NCBI GenBank assembly: GCA_034723315.1
Contig: JAYEOV010000055.1
Coordinates: 507-64,506, forward strand
Direction of reading: 5' to 3'
From: Candidatus Omnitrophota bacterium
Lineage (GTDB): Bacteria; Omnitrophota; Gorgyraeia; Tantalellales; Tantalellaceae
DNA length: 64,000 nucleotides
The notes under the pieces were generated by a model. The model had not been told where the DNA came from. It was given only the letters and a program-made list of their open reading frames with translations, and searched no databases. Below, one piece after another: positions 1-9,410 of the stretch. Each line of letters starts with the position of its first letter. The stretch's first letter is position 1. Made by a program: the position numbers and the translations under genes.

Positions 1-59
1 TCAGAATTGGGGACATTCCTCAAGGGGACATGCCTCAAGTAGAAAAACGGCGGTATTGG

Positions 60-235
60 GTATAAAAGCTGAAGTTTCGGGGACACGCCTGTTCTAGGCG
101 CCGATTCTGCTCGTTGAAGTTCCGGGGACACGCCCGTTGTTAACGCCGAGTAGTTATTGCTGAAGTTCCGGGGACACGCCCGTTGTAAACGACACGTGGG
201 GGCGCCCAGGCATGTCCCCGGAATATATTTTTATA
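60..235. repeat. Tandem direct repeats of a ~25-nt unit 'gaagttccggggacacgcccgttgt' with ~46-bp period (3 good copies, plus degenerate 'ggggacatYcctcaag' copies at nt 10-40). The last unit pairs with an inverted copy, 'ccggggacacgcc...ggcatgtccccgg'.
   Basis: Read directly: copies at ~68-95, ~112-140 and ~158-186; inverted partner at ~205-217. Lies 3' of the minus-strand TonB receptor gene. Confidence 0.6.
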
Positions 236-237
236 TT

Positions 238-2388
238 TTAAAATCTTATGGTAACACCCCATTCGTAGGTTCTTTCAGGCGCGGGGTAAAAGGCGGTGTT
301 CCCTATCCAGTTCCGCGTGGCGTTGGAAAAATACTTCTCTCCTATCAAATTTCGCATAACACCGAAGAGTCGTATATAGTCGGTCTCGACACTCACCCCC
401 AGATCGATAGTAACATGTCCCTTCAGCGGAGAACTGTTATGTTTCGGGTCACTCGCGATGTATCTGGATCCCGTGTAATTCACGGCAAAATTCACATTCA
501 ACGGCTCGACCGGCTTAACATCAAAACCGCCGGAGATCTTGTGTTCCGGCACCAGCGGCATCATGTATGAATCGTATTCTCCCCCTTCAAAAAGAGCTTT
601 CTGGAAAGTATAGTTGAAGAACGCGGTCAGCTTCTCAAACATTCTCGTCCGCGCTTCAAGTTCAAGGCCGTGATGAAATGTATGGTCGTAGTTCTCGTTC
701 CGGAAAGAGACGGGATCATAATATATTTCGTTCTTATTATCGATAAAGTAATACGCCGCGTTTATATTAAGGCCTTCTATCGAATTGTCCTTAATACCTA
801 CCTCGTAATTGTTCCCTGTCTGATGCTTCAAGTCCACATTAAGTACCGCGGGAAAAACCCTTACGGCGAACGTCCACCAGTCAAACGTCTCGTAAGCCGA
901 CTGGAAGAACTCATCCGTTGTCGGGAACCTGTAAGAACGGGCATAATTGGCGTAAACCTGTGACCGCTCATTGTATTTGAAGCCCAGTCCTGCATCGAGC
1001 GCGATCTCTTTTGGGCTCCGTTTGTCGTATGAACCGGCTGGCTGGAACTGGCTGAAGACATACTCGGCCCATTCGCCCCTGACGCCCCCGTTCATAATAA
1101 AACGCTTATTGATGAGCATGTTGTCCGAGGCGTATATGCCGATCGTTTCCTTAATTATATCTACCTGCGACTTCGTGAAAGTGATGTCCCCGCTCAGGAC
1201 CTGGTCCTTCGCGTAAAAATAATCCGCCCCGAAGACAAGCTTATTTTCCAGAGAACCGTCAAAAAATTCGGAATTTATCTCGCATTTCGGCCGGATCTCG
1301 CATGAAGCAATATGGTGATTTGTTTCATACCGGTTAAACCCCACGTCAAGAGCGTTCACCCTCCTTGACCTGTAAGACATCAGGCATGACAAGACCCCCT
1401 CGTGATACCCGTCGCCGCCGAACAGCCTTGGATTTACCGTAAAATAATAATCTTCCGTTTTCGCCTTGCTGTCGGGGAAACGAGTGCCCTCCCTCCCGTC
1501 CTGCTGCATGTTGCCATCATATAACGCTCCGGGTTGACCGTACCAGTCCCTGTGATAACCTGAAGAGAAGTGAACATCCACAAAATCATCCGGCCTGATC
1601 GTAATACTCGTGAATATATCATTTGCCTCATAGGCGTTGTTGGCCCTGTACCCGTCCGAATCCTGATAGGAATAGCTGAAAAAATAATCCATGAGATCAT
1701 GGCCCCCGTTCACGGAAAAATACTGTTTCCAGTACCTGAAGCTGCCGTATTCCTGGGTATATTCTATGTGGTCGCCTTTTTCGCCTCTTTTGGTGATGAT
1801 ATTTATAACCCCCCCGGTCGCGTTATCCCCGTACAGAACGGAATTAGCTCCTCTTATTATCTCTATCCTGTCGACCGCATTGATGTCTATCTGTGACAGG
1901 TCGGGCCCCGATAGATCTATCTGATTCGTCCTCCTGCCGTCTATCAGGATGACACAGTTCAAAAGCCCCGTTTCACCGAAACCTCTCATTCCGACGTTAC
2001 TGTCTTTCGCGTTACCAAGGTAACCGTTAATAACGATGCCGGATTCCCTGATAAGTATCTGTTGCAGGTCCTGCGGATTGGCCTGTTCTATCTCCTCACT
2101 CGTGATAACGCTCGCGTTCTTATTGATATTATAGACATATTCCATGGTCCTTCCCGGTGTTACTACCATATCGCCAAGATCGAACAGCGGCGAAAGAGCT
2201 ATTTCGGCGGGATCGAAGATAAGGTCCACGAAATCCCCTCCCCGTACCGGCGCAAAGATGACTTTCAGGGGTTTTCGTATAAGATCCGTCAACGTAGCTT
2301 CCTTTTCCTCTTCTTCCGCCGCAAAGACACTCAGTGAAAAACCAAAAAACATCAAAAACATGATCATAAGAACTTTTTTCTTCTTCAT
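238..2388 (-). CDS. TonB-dependent outer-membrane receptor (signal peptide, plug domain, C-terminal aromatic residue)
   Basis: 716 aa. N-terminal signal MKKKKVLMIMFLMFFGFSLSVFA. Plug-domain motifs 'NVGMRGFGE...ILIDGRR...IEIIRGANSVLYGDNATGGVINIITK'. Beta-barrel-like C-terminus ending in F. Confidence 0.85.
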   Translation of the reverse strand: MKKKKVLMIMFLMFFGFSLSVFAAEEEEKEATLTDLIRKPLKVIFAPVRGGDFVDLIFDPAEIALSPLFDLGDMVVTPGRTMEYVYNINKNASVITSEEIEQANPQDLQQILIRESGIVINGYLGNAKDSNVGMRGFGETGLLNCVILIDGRRTNQIDLSGPDLSQIDINAVDRIEIIRGANSVLYGDNATGGVINIITKRGEKGDHIEYTQEYGSFRYWKQYFSVNGGHDLMDYFFSYSYQDSDGYRANNAYEANDIFTSITIRPDDFVDVHFSSGYHRDWYGQPGALYDGNMQQDGREGTRFPDSKAKTEDYYFTVNPRLFGGDGYHEGVLSCLMSYRSRRVNALDVGFNRYETNHHIASCEIRPKCEINSEFFDGSLENKLVFGADYFYAKDQVLSGDITFTKSQVDIIKETIGIYASDNMLINKRFIMNGGVRGEWAEYVFSQFQPAGSYDKRSPKEIALDAGLGFKYNERSQVYANYARSYRFPTTDEFFQSAYETFDWWTFAVRVFPAVLNVDLKHQTGNNYEVGIKDNSIEGLNINAAYYFIDNKNEIYYDPVSFRNENYDHTFHHGLELEARTRMFEKLTAFFNYTFQKALFEGGEYDSYMMPLVPEHKISGGFDVKPVEPLNVNFAVNYTGSRYIASDPKHNSSPLKGHVTIDLGVSVETDYIRLFGVMRNLIGEKYFSNATRNWIGNTAFYPAPERTYEWGVTIRF

Positions 2389-2554
2389 TTTTCTCCTTCA
2401 ATTACAGTTTCAAATCACGAAATAACGGTGTTTACAACTTAGTCGGCCTTCGGGCGAACTTCTTACCTGTCCCGTTCCAGGCCGCGAACAAAGTTGTCGC
2501 CATGGGTTCGCTAAAAAAATCCCCCTGGCCCCCTTTTTCAAAGGGGGGAGGCGA

Positions 2555-2602
2555 TAAAAAAAGCCCTTGACGCACTATACGTCAAGGGCTACCCGTTTTT
2601 TT
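2555..2602. terminator. Bidirectional intrinsic-terminator-like hairpin (A-run, 11-bp stem 'agcccttgacg/cgtcaagggct', T-run)
   Basis: Perfect inverted repeat flanked by aaaaaaa and ttttttt. Confidence 0.55.
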
Positions 2603-2639
2603 AACCCGTATATTGACCCCGGCGGCATCCTCGTGCCCA

Positions 2640-2817
2640 GAACCCATTTCACAACCCTGTTCTACTGCGGCTGGCTGCAAAAACCATTGACTGCGTTTTC
2701 GGGGCAAAATGTCCTCAACGTAGCGCACCGGCTACGTTTCCGGGCATTTTGCCCCTCAGGCCTTGTCAATGGCCTTTTCGCTCAGCCTCGCAACGAACAA
2801 GGTTATGAAATGGGTTC
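2640..2817 (+). mobile_element. 178-bp MITE-like palindromic element, copy 1 (TIR 'gaacccatttca(c/t)aaccctgtt')
   Basis: Near-identical to 14153-14330 and 41233-41410 (both inverted relative to this copy). Internally a long imperfect palindrome. The ORF 2567..2908 in the track is just this repeat. Confidence 0.8.
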
Positions 2818-2907
2818 TACTGGATACTATTTAAGCGCAGGCAGGTCTTCTGACTTCCCCGCCTTTTTGGCCGCCTTCCCATCCCGGCATCGCGGAACAG
2901 TGGCTTA

Positions 2908-2950
2908 ATCGCCAAAAAGATTCTCCCTTTTCCGGAGGAAAAGGGCGGGG
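2908..2950 (-). terminator. Intrinsic terminator after the membrane-protein gene (stem 'cccttttcc/ggaaaaggg' then T-run on minus strand)
   Basis: Inverted repeat followed by 'tcttttt' in minus-strand sense. Confidence 0.5.
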
Positions 2951-3042
2951 TTACAGCGGCGGGACCGCGTCCGACTCTCACGGACTTCCCTTTTAAGATC
3001 TCCCGATCGCCTGCGCGATTATCTTAGAACCTCAACTATGAA

Positions 3043-3546
3043 CTATCCTGTCAAAAGAACTTTTCTATATCTTGTCTCGCCCACAAGCCTGCGGGCAAGT
3101 TCATAAGATCCGAAAATGACGAACGCAAAAAGGACGTTCCCCATCAGCGTGTTCCTGAGGAACGGTAAAGCTTTTATGTAGCACGTGGCAAAACCTTCCA
3201 GTGTGCGCGGATACCACGCCAGCCAGACACCGAAATTCGTTATTATAAAAAAAACAAGCGATGAAAAGACCGTGGCTCCGAATATCGCCATCGGCGTCCT
3301 TCGATCCCTCAGCCACATACCCATATAGCCGATAAGGATAAACGCCCCCCATGTATAAAGAAAAACGCCATGCAGCCCTATTATAAGATCGCTGATGACC
3401 ATTATCGCGAGAGGGACCCAGGGCACTATCCTCTTGTCCAGATACGTCCCTGCAAAGAGCGCTATGGCTGCCACAGGCGCCATGTTCGGCACGTGGGGAA
3501 CCAGTCTCATCATAAACCCGACCAGTATGAGCAGATAAGCTATCAT
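3043..3546 (-). CDS. Small polytopic membrane protein (hypothetical; ~5 TM helices)
   Basis: 167 aa, hydrophobic throughout. AAAGGAGG ribosome-binding site (RBS) before the ATG. Confidence 0.6.
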   Translation of the reverse strand: MIAYLLILVGFMMRLVPHVPNMAPVAAIALFAGTYLDKRIVPWVPLAIMVISDLIIGLHGVFLYTWGAFILIGYMGMWLRDRRTPMAIFGATVFSSLVFFIITNFGVWLAWYPRTLEGFATCYIKALPFLRNTLMGNVLFAFVIFGSYELARRLVGETRYRKVLLTG

Positions 3547-3554
3547 AAATTCCT

Positions 3555-3650
3555 CCTTTCAGCTATCAGCTTTCAGTCTTCAGCTTTCAGATGTCAGCTA
3601 TCAGCTGTCAGATATTCAGTATCAGAAAGCTGAAGGCTGAAAGCTGACGA
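3555..3650. repeat. Word-repeat palindrome of 'tcagct(t/a)tcag' units and their reverse complement 'agctgaaagctga', forming a long hairpin
   Basis: Read directly. Intergenic between two minus-strand genes. Confidence 0.7.
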
Positions 3651-3720
3651 CTAACTTCATTTCCTTCCCCCGGTCTATCTTGCATAAGATATAACACTAT
3701 TTTCCACAAACCAAGCTCTC

Positions 3721-4572
3721 TCAGGAAGAAATTTTTGAAAGAAGATACGAAAGAGCGGTTCCCGCGATAAAAGTCCCGAAACAAAACAGGCCCTTCTCCC
3801 CGCCTCCCGGGAGCCCCGGGAAGATCTTGTAGAGCGAGGCAAAGATAAGGCCCAGTATAAAATAATACGTTATGGAAGGTATCTTCTCCAGACAAGCCTC
3901 TATGACCTTTGAAAATACCAGTATACCGGCAGCCGCCCCCAGGGCCATGACAGCAAGAGGCCTGATAGCAAGATCTTTAATGGCGGATATGATAAGCGCG
4001 TACTGTCCCAGCAGGACAAGTATGAACGAACCGCTCACACCCGGGACTATCATGGCGCCGCCCGCGAGAAAACCCGCGATGAGTATCATAAGATACGTTC
4101 CCCTGTCAAGGACCGAGGCATCAGGAACCACGGAAGCGCCCGTCTCGCCGTAATTCTTCCCGATAAGCGACAGGCCAAGAACGATTATCATGCCAAGGAC
4201 AAAAGCCAGTATCCTCAGGGTCCTGATCCTCATATCCCCGTGAGACCTTACAACCGCGGGGATCCCGCCGATTATCAGCCCCATGAACATGAACATGGTC
4301 TCTTGAAACCGGCTGGCAAGAAGATAATCCATCAGGTTCGCCAGGAGAACGATCGCAACCGCAGCGGCGATGAATATCCTGGCAAGAAAAAACACGTATT
4401 CCCCGCGCCTGTCAGGTTCGTTAAAAAACCTGGCTATGGATTCTATAAGCCTGTCGTATATCCCAAGAATGACCGCGATGGTCCCCCCCGATACACCGGG
4501 GATTATGTTCGCGACACCGATGGCTCCTCCCTTAATAAAAAGAACAAGTGTTTCCTTTATCGCCTTCCTCAT
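3721..4572 (-). CDS. DUF368-family membrane protein (two 'PGVSxSG'-type repeats)
   Basis: 283 aa. Motifs IPGVSGGT and VPGVSGSF in a duplicated polytopic architecture typical of DUF368. Confidence 0.65.
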   Translation of the reverse strand: MRKAIKETLVLFIKGGAIGVANIIPGVSGGTIAVILGIYDRLIESIARFFNEPDRRGEYVFFLARIFIAAAVAIVLLANLMDYLLASRFQETMFMFMGLIIGGIPAVVRSHGDMRIRTLRILAFVLGMIIVLGLSLIGKNYGETGASVVPDASVLDRGTYLMILIAGFLAGGAMIVPGVSGSFILVLLGQYALIISAIKDLAIRPLAVMALGAAAGILVFSKVIEACLEKIPSITYYFILGLIFASLYKIFPGLPGGGEKGLFCFGTFIAGTALSYLLSKISS

Positions 4573-4611
4573 TTTGTATACCTCCGGGGTTCCAGGATCC
4601 TGCCCCCCCTG

Positions 4612-5256
4612 CTACCGGTCACTCCATCCGTCTTTACCAACAAGCGGCACGAAAACACAGCCGCAAATGTCTTCCCTGACGAATTTATCGCCTTTTCTTT
4701 CTATCGCCATCAGCATCTGTCCCCACATGCTTCCGACCGGGATCACCAGGCGGCCCCGTTCGGAAAGCTGATCCTTCAATGACTCGGGCACATGCGGAGC
4801 CCCCGCAGTGACGATTATGCCGTCAAAAGGCGCCTTCTCCTCCCAGCCTTTCGTCCCATCGCCGCAGGCAAACTCTATGTTGGCGTATTCTTCCTCTCGC
4901 AGGACTTTTTTCGCGTGTTCAAGAAGCCGTTCCTCTCTCTCTATCGTGTAAACCCGGCCGCATATCTCCGCCAGAATGGCCGCCTGATAACCGCTCCCCG
5001 TGCCTATTTCGAGAACTTTATCCCCTCCTCCAAGCCGGAGGCTTTCTGTCATGACCGCGACCATGTAGGGCTGCGAAATGGTCTGTCCGTGGCCGATAGG
5101 AAGCGGCCGGTCCGCATAGGAAGCGACATCAAAAGGAGTCGGCACAAAACGGTGCCTCTTGACCTCCATGAATGCCTTCAGGACCCTGGGGTCGCTGATA
5201 CCCCTCAGCCTCAACTGCTCTTCAACCATCCGTTTTCGCTGCTTTTCGTAATCCAT
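4612..5256 (-). CDS. pcm: Protein-L-isoaspartate O-methyltransferase
   Basis: 214 aa. SAM-binding motif 'VLEIGTGSGYQAAILA' and typical Pcm N-terminus (RxxMVxxQLxxRGI). Confidence 0.85.
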   Translation of the reverse strand: MDYEKQRKRMVEEQLRLRGISDPRVLKAFMEVKRHRFVPTPFDVASYADRPLPIGHGQTISQPYMVAVMTESLRLGGGDKVLEIGTGSGYQAAILAEICGRVYTIEREERLLEHAKKVLREEEYANIEFACGDGTKGWEEKAPFDGIIVTAGAPHVPESLKDQLSERGRLVIPVGSMWGQMLMAIERKGDKFVREDICGCVFVPLVGKDGWSDR

Positions 5257-5959
5257 CGGAATTGGAGTAATGCCTCAAAACAAGCTTGAAGAATTTTATC
5301 GTATCGCGGACCGGATCGATCTTTGAGATCTCCTCGCCGTATATCGTCTGTATCGGAACGGACTTGATGGTCATGCCCCTTTCCGCGGCCTGAAGAAGCA
5401 TCTCGGACTCGATATCGTATTTTTTTGATATCAATTTCAGCTTTTTTAAAGATCCCACTTTTATAAGCCTGTAGCCGCACTGGGTGTCCAGTATGCGCTG
5501 CCCGCATAACACGGACAGCACCCAGGACATGAACCTGTTCGTCCAGTAGCGGGACGGCGGCATCGTCTTTGTCTCCTGCATTCGGTTGCCGATCACGATA
5601 TCGGTTTCTTCCTCCCGGGTCGCTTTCATCAACCCGGGCACATCTTCCGTGTGGTGCTGGCCGTCCCCGTCCATTATTATCATCCACTCGAACCTGGTCT
5701 TCTCCAGGACGTACCTTATCCCCTCCCTTACTGAATTTCCTTTTCCGAGATTTCTCCTGTGACGGATCACCATGGCTCCGCTATCAAGAGCTATCCGCTC
5801 GGTATTGTCAACCGACCCGTCGTCTATAACAAGGACGCTCAAACCCATTTCCACGATATCCGAGACAATACCCCCTATTGTCCTCGCCTCGTTATACGAA
5901 GGAATGACCACTATTGTGTTATCTTTTGTTGATCCCATATTTTCTTGAACGCGTACCAC
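5222..5959 (-). CDS. Family-2 glycosyltransferase (dolichyl/polyprenyl-phosphate sugar synthase-like)
   Basis: 245 aa. 'VIPSYNE...IDDGSxD...DGDGQH' GT2 signature. Confidence 0.8.
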   Translation of the reverse strand: MVRVQENMGSTKDNTIVVIPSYNEARTIGGIVSDIVEMGLSVLVIDDGSVDNTERIALDSGAMVIRHRRNLGKGNSVREGIRYVLEKTRFEWMIIMDGDGQHHTEDVPGLMKATREEETDIVIGNRMQETKTMPPSRYWTNRFMSWVLSVLCGQRILDTQCGYRLIKVGSLKKLKLISKKYDIESEMLLQAAERGMTIKSVPIQTIYGEEISKIDPVRDTIKFFKLVLRHYSNSDGLRKAAKTDG

Positions 5960-6822
5960 TGGTCCGGATACTTCCTTATATATTTCTCGAAAAGCCCCAG
6001 ATACTTTTTCATGAGCTCTCTCAGATCATTCTCATAATCTCCCGTGCCGGAATATCTTATGGGAGGCTCGAAACACAGCATAAATCGGTCGTCTTTCTTT
6101 CTCACGAAGGCACTCATTATTATAGGCGCACCCGTTTTCAGGGAAAAAGCCGCGGGCCCCTTGGGCATCAACGCCTTTTTCCCGAAAAAATCAACATGGA
6201 TCCCCGTTGAGGTGTAATCCTTGTCGCCAACGATGACCAATAACTCTTTATTACGAAGCACCCTGAAGCATTCTTTTATCTGCACGCTCACGGGAATGGA
6301 CCCAGGGTCATCGACCGACCTCTGACGAACGGGTATACCTCTGACGCCGTGAATAGATCTTCTTTTTTTAAAGAAGTCATTTATGCGCGGGTTGGCATGT
6401 TCAAGCACGATGGCGTTAAAGGGATATTTAAGCGCAGGCATTACCGCGCCTCCCATTTCCCAGTTGCCGAGATGAAGGGCGACAAGAATGACCCCCTTCC
6501 CCTCCGAAAGGCATTCCTCAATATACTCCAGCCCCGATATCTCGATGTTTTCTGATATAAAATCCCCGGTAATTTTCTGGAACTTGAAAAAATCAGCGAG
6601 ATGTTTGGCGAAGTTACGGAACACGTTCAGGATACACCTTTCAATGGTATTCTCATCAACGTCCTCACCGAGTATCACCTCGAGGTTGGCCCTTAACTCC
6701 TCCTTATCCCTGCTGGCGAATAAATAGTATCCTCTGGCGACCAGTTCCGCAATAGCATAGCACATCTTGCGGGGCATGATCCTGGTAAGATAAAACCCTA
6801 TAATGTAAAGCGCGTATAACAT
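5911..6822 (-). CDS. Lipid A biosynthesis acyltransferase (LpxL/HtrB/MsbB family) or related lysophospholipid acyltransferase
   Basis: 303 aa. N-terminal TM segment. 'HLGNWE' catalytic motif characteristic of the HtrB family. Confidence 0.7.
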   Translation of the reverse strand: MLYALYIIGFYLTRIMPRKMCYAIAELVARGYYLFASRDKEELRANLEVILGEDVDENTIERCILNVFRNFAKHLADFFKFQKITGDFISENIEISGLEYIEECLSEGKGVILVALHLGNWEMGGAVMPALKYPFNAIVLEHANPRINDFFKKRRSIHGVRGIPVRQRSVDDPGSIPVSVQIKECFRVLRNKELLVIVGDKDYTSTGIHVDFFGKKALMPKGPAAFSLKTGAPIIMSAFVRKKDDRFMLCFEPPIRYSGTGDYENDLRELMKKYLGLFEKYIRKYPDQWYAFKKIWDQQKITQ

Positions 6823-6856
6823 GTCTGTCCTGAGCGTTGTGAGACGTTCACCATGT

Positions 6857-7969
6857 TTAGAACGCCAGCCTTGCTATGTCCAAAGCGCTGTCCGGCTTAG
6901 AAAGTATTTCCACATTTTTCTTCATCTTTTCCAGAACACCCTCCAAATCAAACAGCCCGTTTATCATCCCGGGTATCTGATCGAAATCCTGGATCTCGAC
7001 CGCAGCGCCTCTTTCCACCAGGTAATCCGTATTCATGCGCTCGTGGCCCGGGATCGGTTTAACTATCATTATGGGCAGTTTCTTGACCAGGGCCTCAGCC
7101 ATGGTCATACCCCCGGCCTTCGTGATAATGATATCCGAGGCCTCCATCAATTCGTCAATGTTCTCCACATAGGACATGACACTTAACTTCGTCCCGCCCT
7201 TGCTCCTTTTCAGCCTGAAAAGCTTTTTATAAAGCTTTTTGTTCGCCCCCGAAACCACTAAAAGCTGATAATTGTGTTCGAGGTCCCGCAGGAGCAGCCT
7301 GACAACTTCCTCCACAGCTCCCAGTCCCTGACTTCCCCCCATTATAAGTATCACGGGATCTCTTTCCGAAAACCCCAGTGATTTCTTTATCCCTCGGATA
7401 TCATGCTCCCTGCGAAACTTGGGATCCACGGGTATGCCGAACACCCTGATCTTGCCGGGCGGAATACCTTTTTTTTCCAGTATACCGGCTGTCTCCTCCG
7501 AAGGCGCCACGTATATGTCTACCTCATCATAGAGCCAATATGAATGGGGCGCGTGATCCGTCAGGACACCTATCAACGGGATCTTCCTGCCACTGGACCT
7601 TTTGTAATCCGCGACCATCCCGCAGGGAAAGGCCTGGGTACAAAAGATCACGTCCGGTGAACGCGATTCAAGAAGTTTTTTTACCTTGGACATGTTGAAC
7701 TTGTGGAGAGCTTTCCTGGCCTTTTTGGTCTTGTTCATTACGTCCGGATTATCGTAAATATGTTCCCATATCTCCGGCTTTTTCTTTATTATTTCCAAAT
7801 AGGCCTTATTGATGATACTTCCGAGTATGGGATTCGTATATCTGAGGGCGTTTATCTTTTCTATCTCGATATTCCTGTCGAGCTCCATGAGACCTTTCTC
7901 AATGGCATTAGCGGCATGAAAATGACCGGAATATTTCGATATATAAAAAATTAAAGCTTTTTTACTCAT
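6857..7969 (-). CDS. GT28 glycosyltransferase, MGDG-synthase / UgtP-like diacylglycerol glycosyltransferase
   Basis: 370 aa. N-terminal 'ILFYISKYSGHFHAANAI' and C-terminal 'ITKAGGMTMAEAL' motifs of the MGDG synthase family. Confidence 0.75.
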   Translation of the reverse strand: MSKKALIFYISKYSGHFHAANAIEKGLMELDRNIEIEKINALRYTNPILGSIINKAYLEIIKKKPEIWEHIYDNPDVMNKTKKARKALHKFNMSKVKKLLESRSPDVIFCTQAFPCGMVADYKRSSGRKIPLIGVLTDHAPHSYWLYDEVDIYVAPSEETAGILEKKGIPPGKIRVFGIPVDPKFRREHDIRGIKKSLGFSERDPVILIMGGSQGLGAVEEVVRLLLRDLEHNYQLLVVSGANKKLYKKLFRLKRSKGGTKLSVMSYVENIDELMEASDIIITKAGGMTMAEALVKKLPIMIVKPIPGHERMNTDYLVERGAAVEIQDFDQIPGMINGLFDLEGVLEKMKKNVEILSKPDSALDIARLAF

Positions 7970-9150
7970 ACTTCCATTTCAAGGACCTTCTTGATCCTCT
8001 CGGCAGCCTCGACCAGTCTGCCCTCTTCTTCAACAAGGGCAAAACGGACGTACCCTTCACCGTACTCCCCGAATCCCGTCCCGGGCGCCAGCACAACCCC
8101 CACCTCCCTTATGAGCAGGGAAACGAATTCCATGGAAGTCAGCGCGCTGTATTTGTCCGGTATTCTCGCCCAGAGATAGAAAGTGGCCTTTGGTTTTGGG
8201 ACTTCCCACCCGATCCTGGAGAGGGCGCCGATCATCGTGTCGCGCCTCCTTTTGTAGATCCGGACCTGTTTGCGGACACAGTTTTGCGGACCGGTCAGCG
8301 CTTTAATTGCGGCATACTGTATGGGCTTGAACAGTCCGAAATCGATATACCCTTTAGTCTTCGCCAGTGAAGCCAGTATCCCGGAGTTCCCCACCGCGAA
8401 CCCGATACGCCATCCTGCCATATTGTATGACTTGCTCAGCGTATGGAACTCCACGGACACCCGTCGCGCTCCCGGGATCTCGAGGATGCTGGGAGCGACA
8501 TAACCGTCAAAAACTATATCGGAATAAGCAAGGTCCTGCACAAGTATGATCTGATGCTTCCTTGTAAATGACACGGCTTTCCTGAAGAAAGCTTTACTGG
8601 CGACCGCGGCGGTAGGGTTATGCGGGTAACTAAGAAAGATTATTTTTGACTTTTTCAAGATCTTCTGCGGTATCGAGTCAAAATCGGGCAGAAAGTCGTG
8701 TTCCTCGCTTATCGGCAGATTGTGAAGTATACCCCCGGCGATGAGCACCCCGTTGAAATGAACCGGATAAGCGGGATTTGGCACTAGAGCTATATCGTCG
8801 CTGTTAAGAAAGGCCAGTGATATATGCGCAATGCCTTCCTTGGACCCGATAAGCGGCAGGACTTCCTTGTCCGGATCCAGGTTCACACCAAACTTTGTTT
8901 TGTACCACCCGGATATGGCCCGGCGCAGCTCGCATTCCGAAGGGTCTATCGACCTGGAATAGCGGTAGTTCTTTGGGTCTCTTGCGGTCCTGCAAAGTTC
9001 GTCAACTATGTGCCGGGACGTAGGCAGATCGGGGTTCCCCATGCCCAGATCTATTATGTTTATGCCCCGTTCTTTCGCTTCCTTTTTAAGATCGTCTATG
9101 ATAGTGAAAAGGTATAACGGCAATCTTTTCATCCTGTTCGCTTCTTCCAT
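7966..9150 (-). CDS. Class-I PLP-dependent aminotransferase (DapL / LL-diaminopimelate aminotransferase-like)
   Basis: 394 aa. 'SKSYNMAGWRIG' PLP-lysine region. Overall aminotransferase class I fold. Confidence 0.7.
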   Translation of the reverse strand: MEEANRMKRLPLYLFTIIDDLKKEAKERGINIIDLGMGNPDLPTSRHIVDELCRTARDPKNYRYSRSIDPSECELRRAISGWYKTKFGVNLDPDKEVLPLIGSKEGIAHISLAFLNSDDIALVPNPAYPVHFNGVLIAGGILHNLPISEEHDFLPDFDSIPQKILKKSKIIFLSYPHNPTAAVASKAFFRKAVSFTRKHQIILVQDLAYSDIVFDGYVAPSILEIPGARRVSVEFHTLSKSYNMAGWRIGFAVGNSGILASLAKTKGYIDFGLFKPIQYAAIKALTGPQNCVRKQVRIYKRRRDTMIGALSRIGWEVPKPKATFYLWARIPDKYSALTSMEFVSLLIREVGVVLAPGTGFGEYGEGYVRFALVEEEGRLVEAAERIKKVLEMEV

Positions 9151-9152
9151 TT

Positions 9153-9410
9153 TCAGCTCCTGTCCACCTTTATCCTGGCTATTATTTCGCCTGCCCTGAC
9201 TTCTTCGCCTTCTTTTTTCAAGATCTTTATCAACACCCCTGCGCAGGGTGAAGGAACGTCAAAAGTGGCCTTGTCGGTAGCCACTTCCAAAAGGTCTTGA
9301 TCCTTCACCACATACCCGTTCTGCGTGACATGCCAGGCAGTTATGACCGTTTCGCCCCCGTTCTCAGAAAGTTCCGGCAATCTCAGATCCACTATAGTTC
9401 CAGTGTTCAT
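9153..9410 (-). CDS. Stand-alone lipoyl-attachment domain protein (start probably at MNTGT, 85 aa). Its 5' end overlaps the lipB 3' end.
   Basis: Lipoyl domain motif 'EVATDKATFDVPSPCAGVL' (lipoyl-Lys in DKA). The ORF in the track runs to 9458. Confidence 0.6.
   Translation of the reverse strand: MNTGTIVDLRLPELSENGGETVITAWHVTQNGYVVKDQDLLEVATDKATFDVPSPCAGVLIKILKKEGEEVRAGEIIARIKVDRS

Noticed and set aside
60-235. Possible CRISPR array at the window start
   Set aside because: The repeat is ~25 nt with ~21-nt spacers (46-bp period), shorter than any canonical CRISPR. There are no cas genes. It is kept as a tandem repeat.
2567-2908. ORFs of 63-113 aa in the track at 2567..2908, 14074..14337, 21809..22000 and 41220..41417, all with the peptide 'HFxTLFYCGWLQ...'
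   Set aside because: They are translations of the repeated MITE-like element in different orientations. There is no RBS, and the 'conservation' is just nucleotide repeat identity.
5211-5687. 158-aa minus-strand ORF overlapping the GT2 gene in another frame
   Set aside because: No homology-like features, and it is entirely inside a well-supported gene. It is a shadow ORF.
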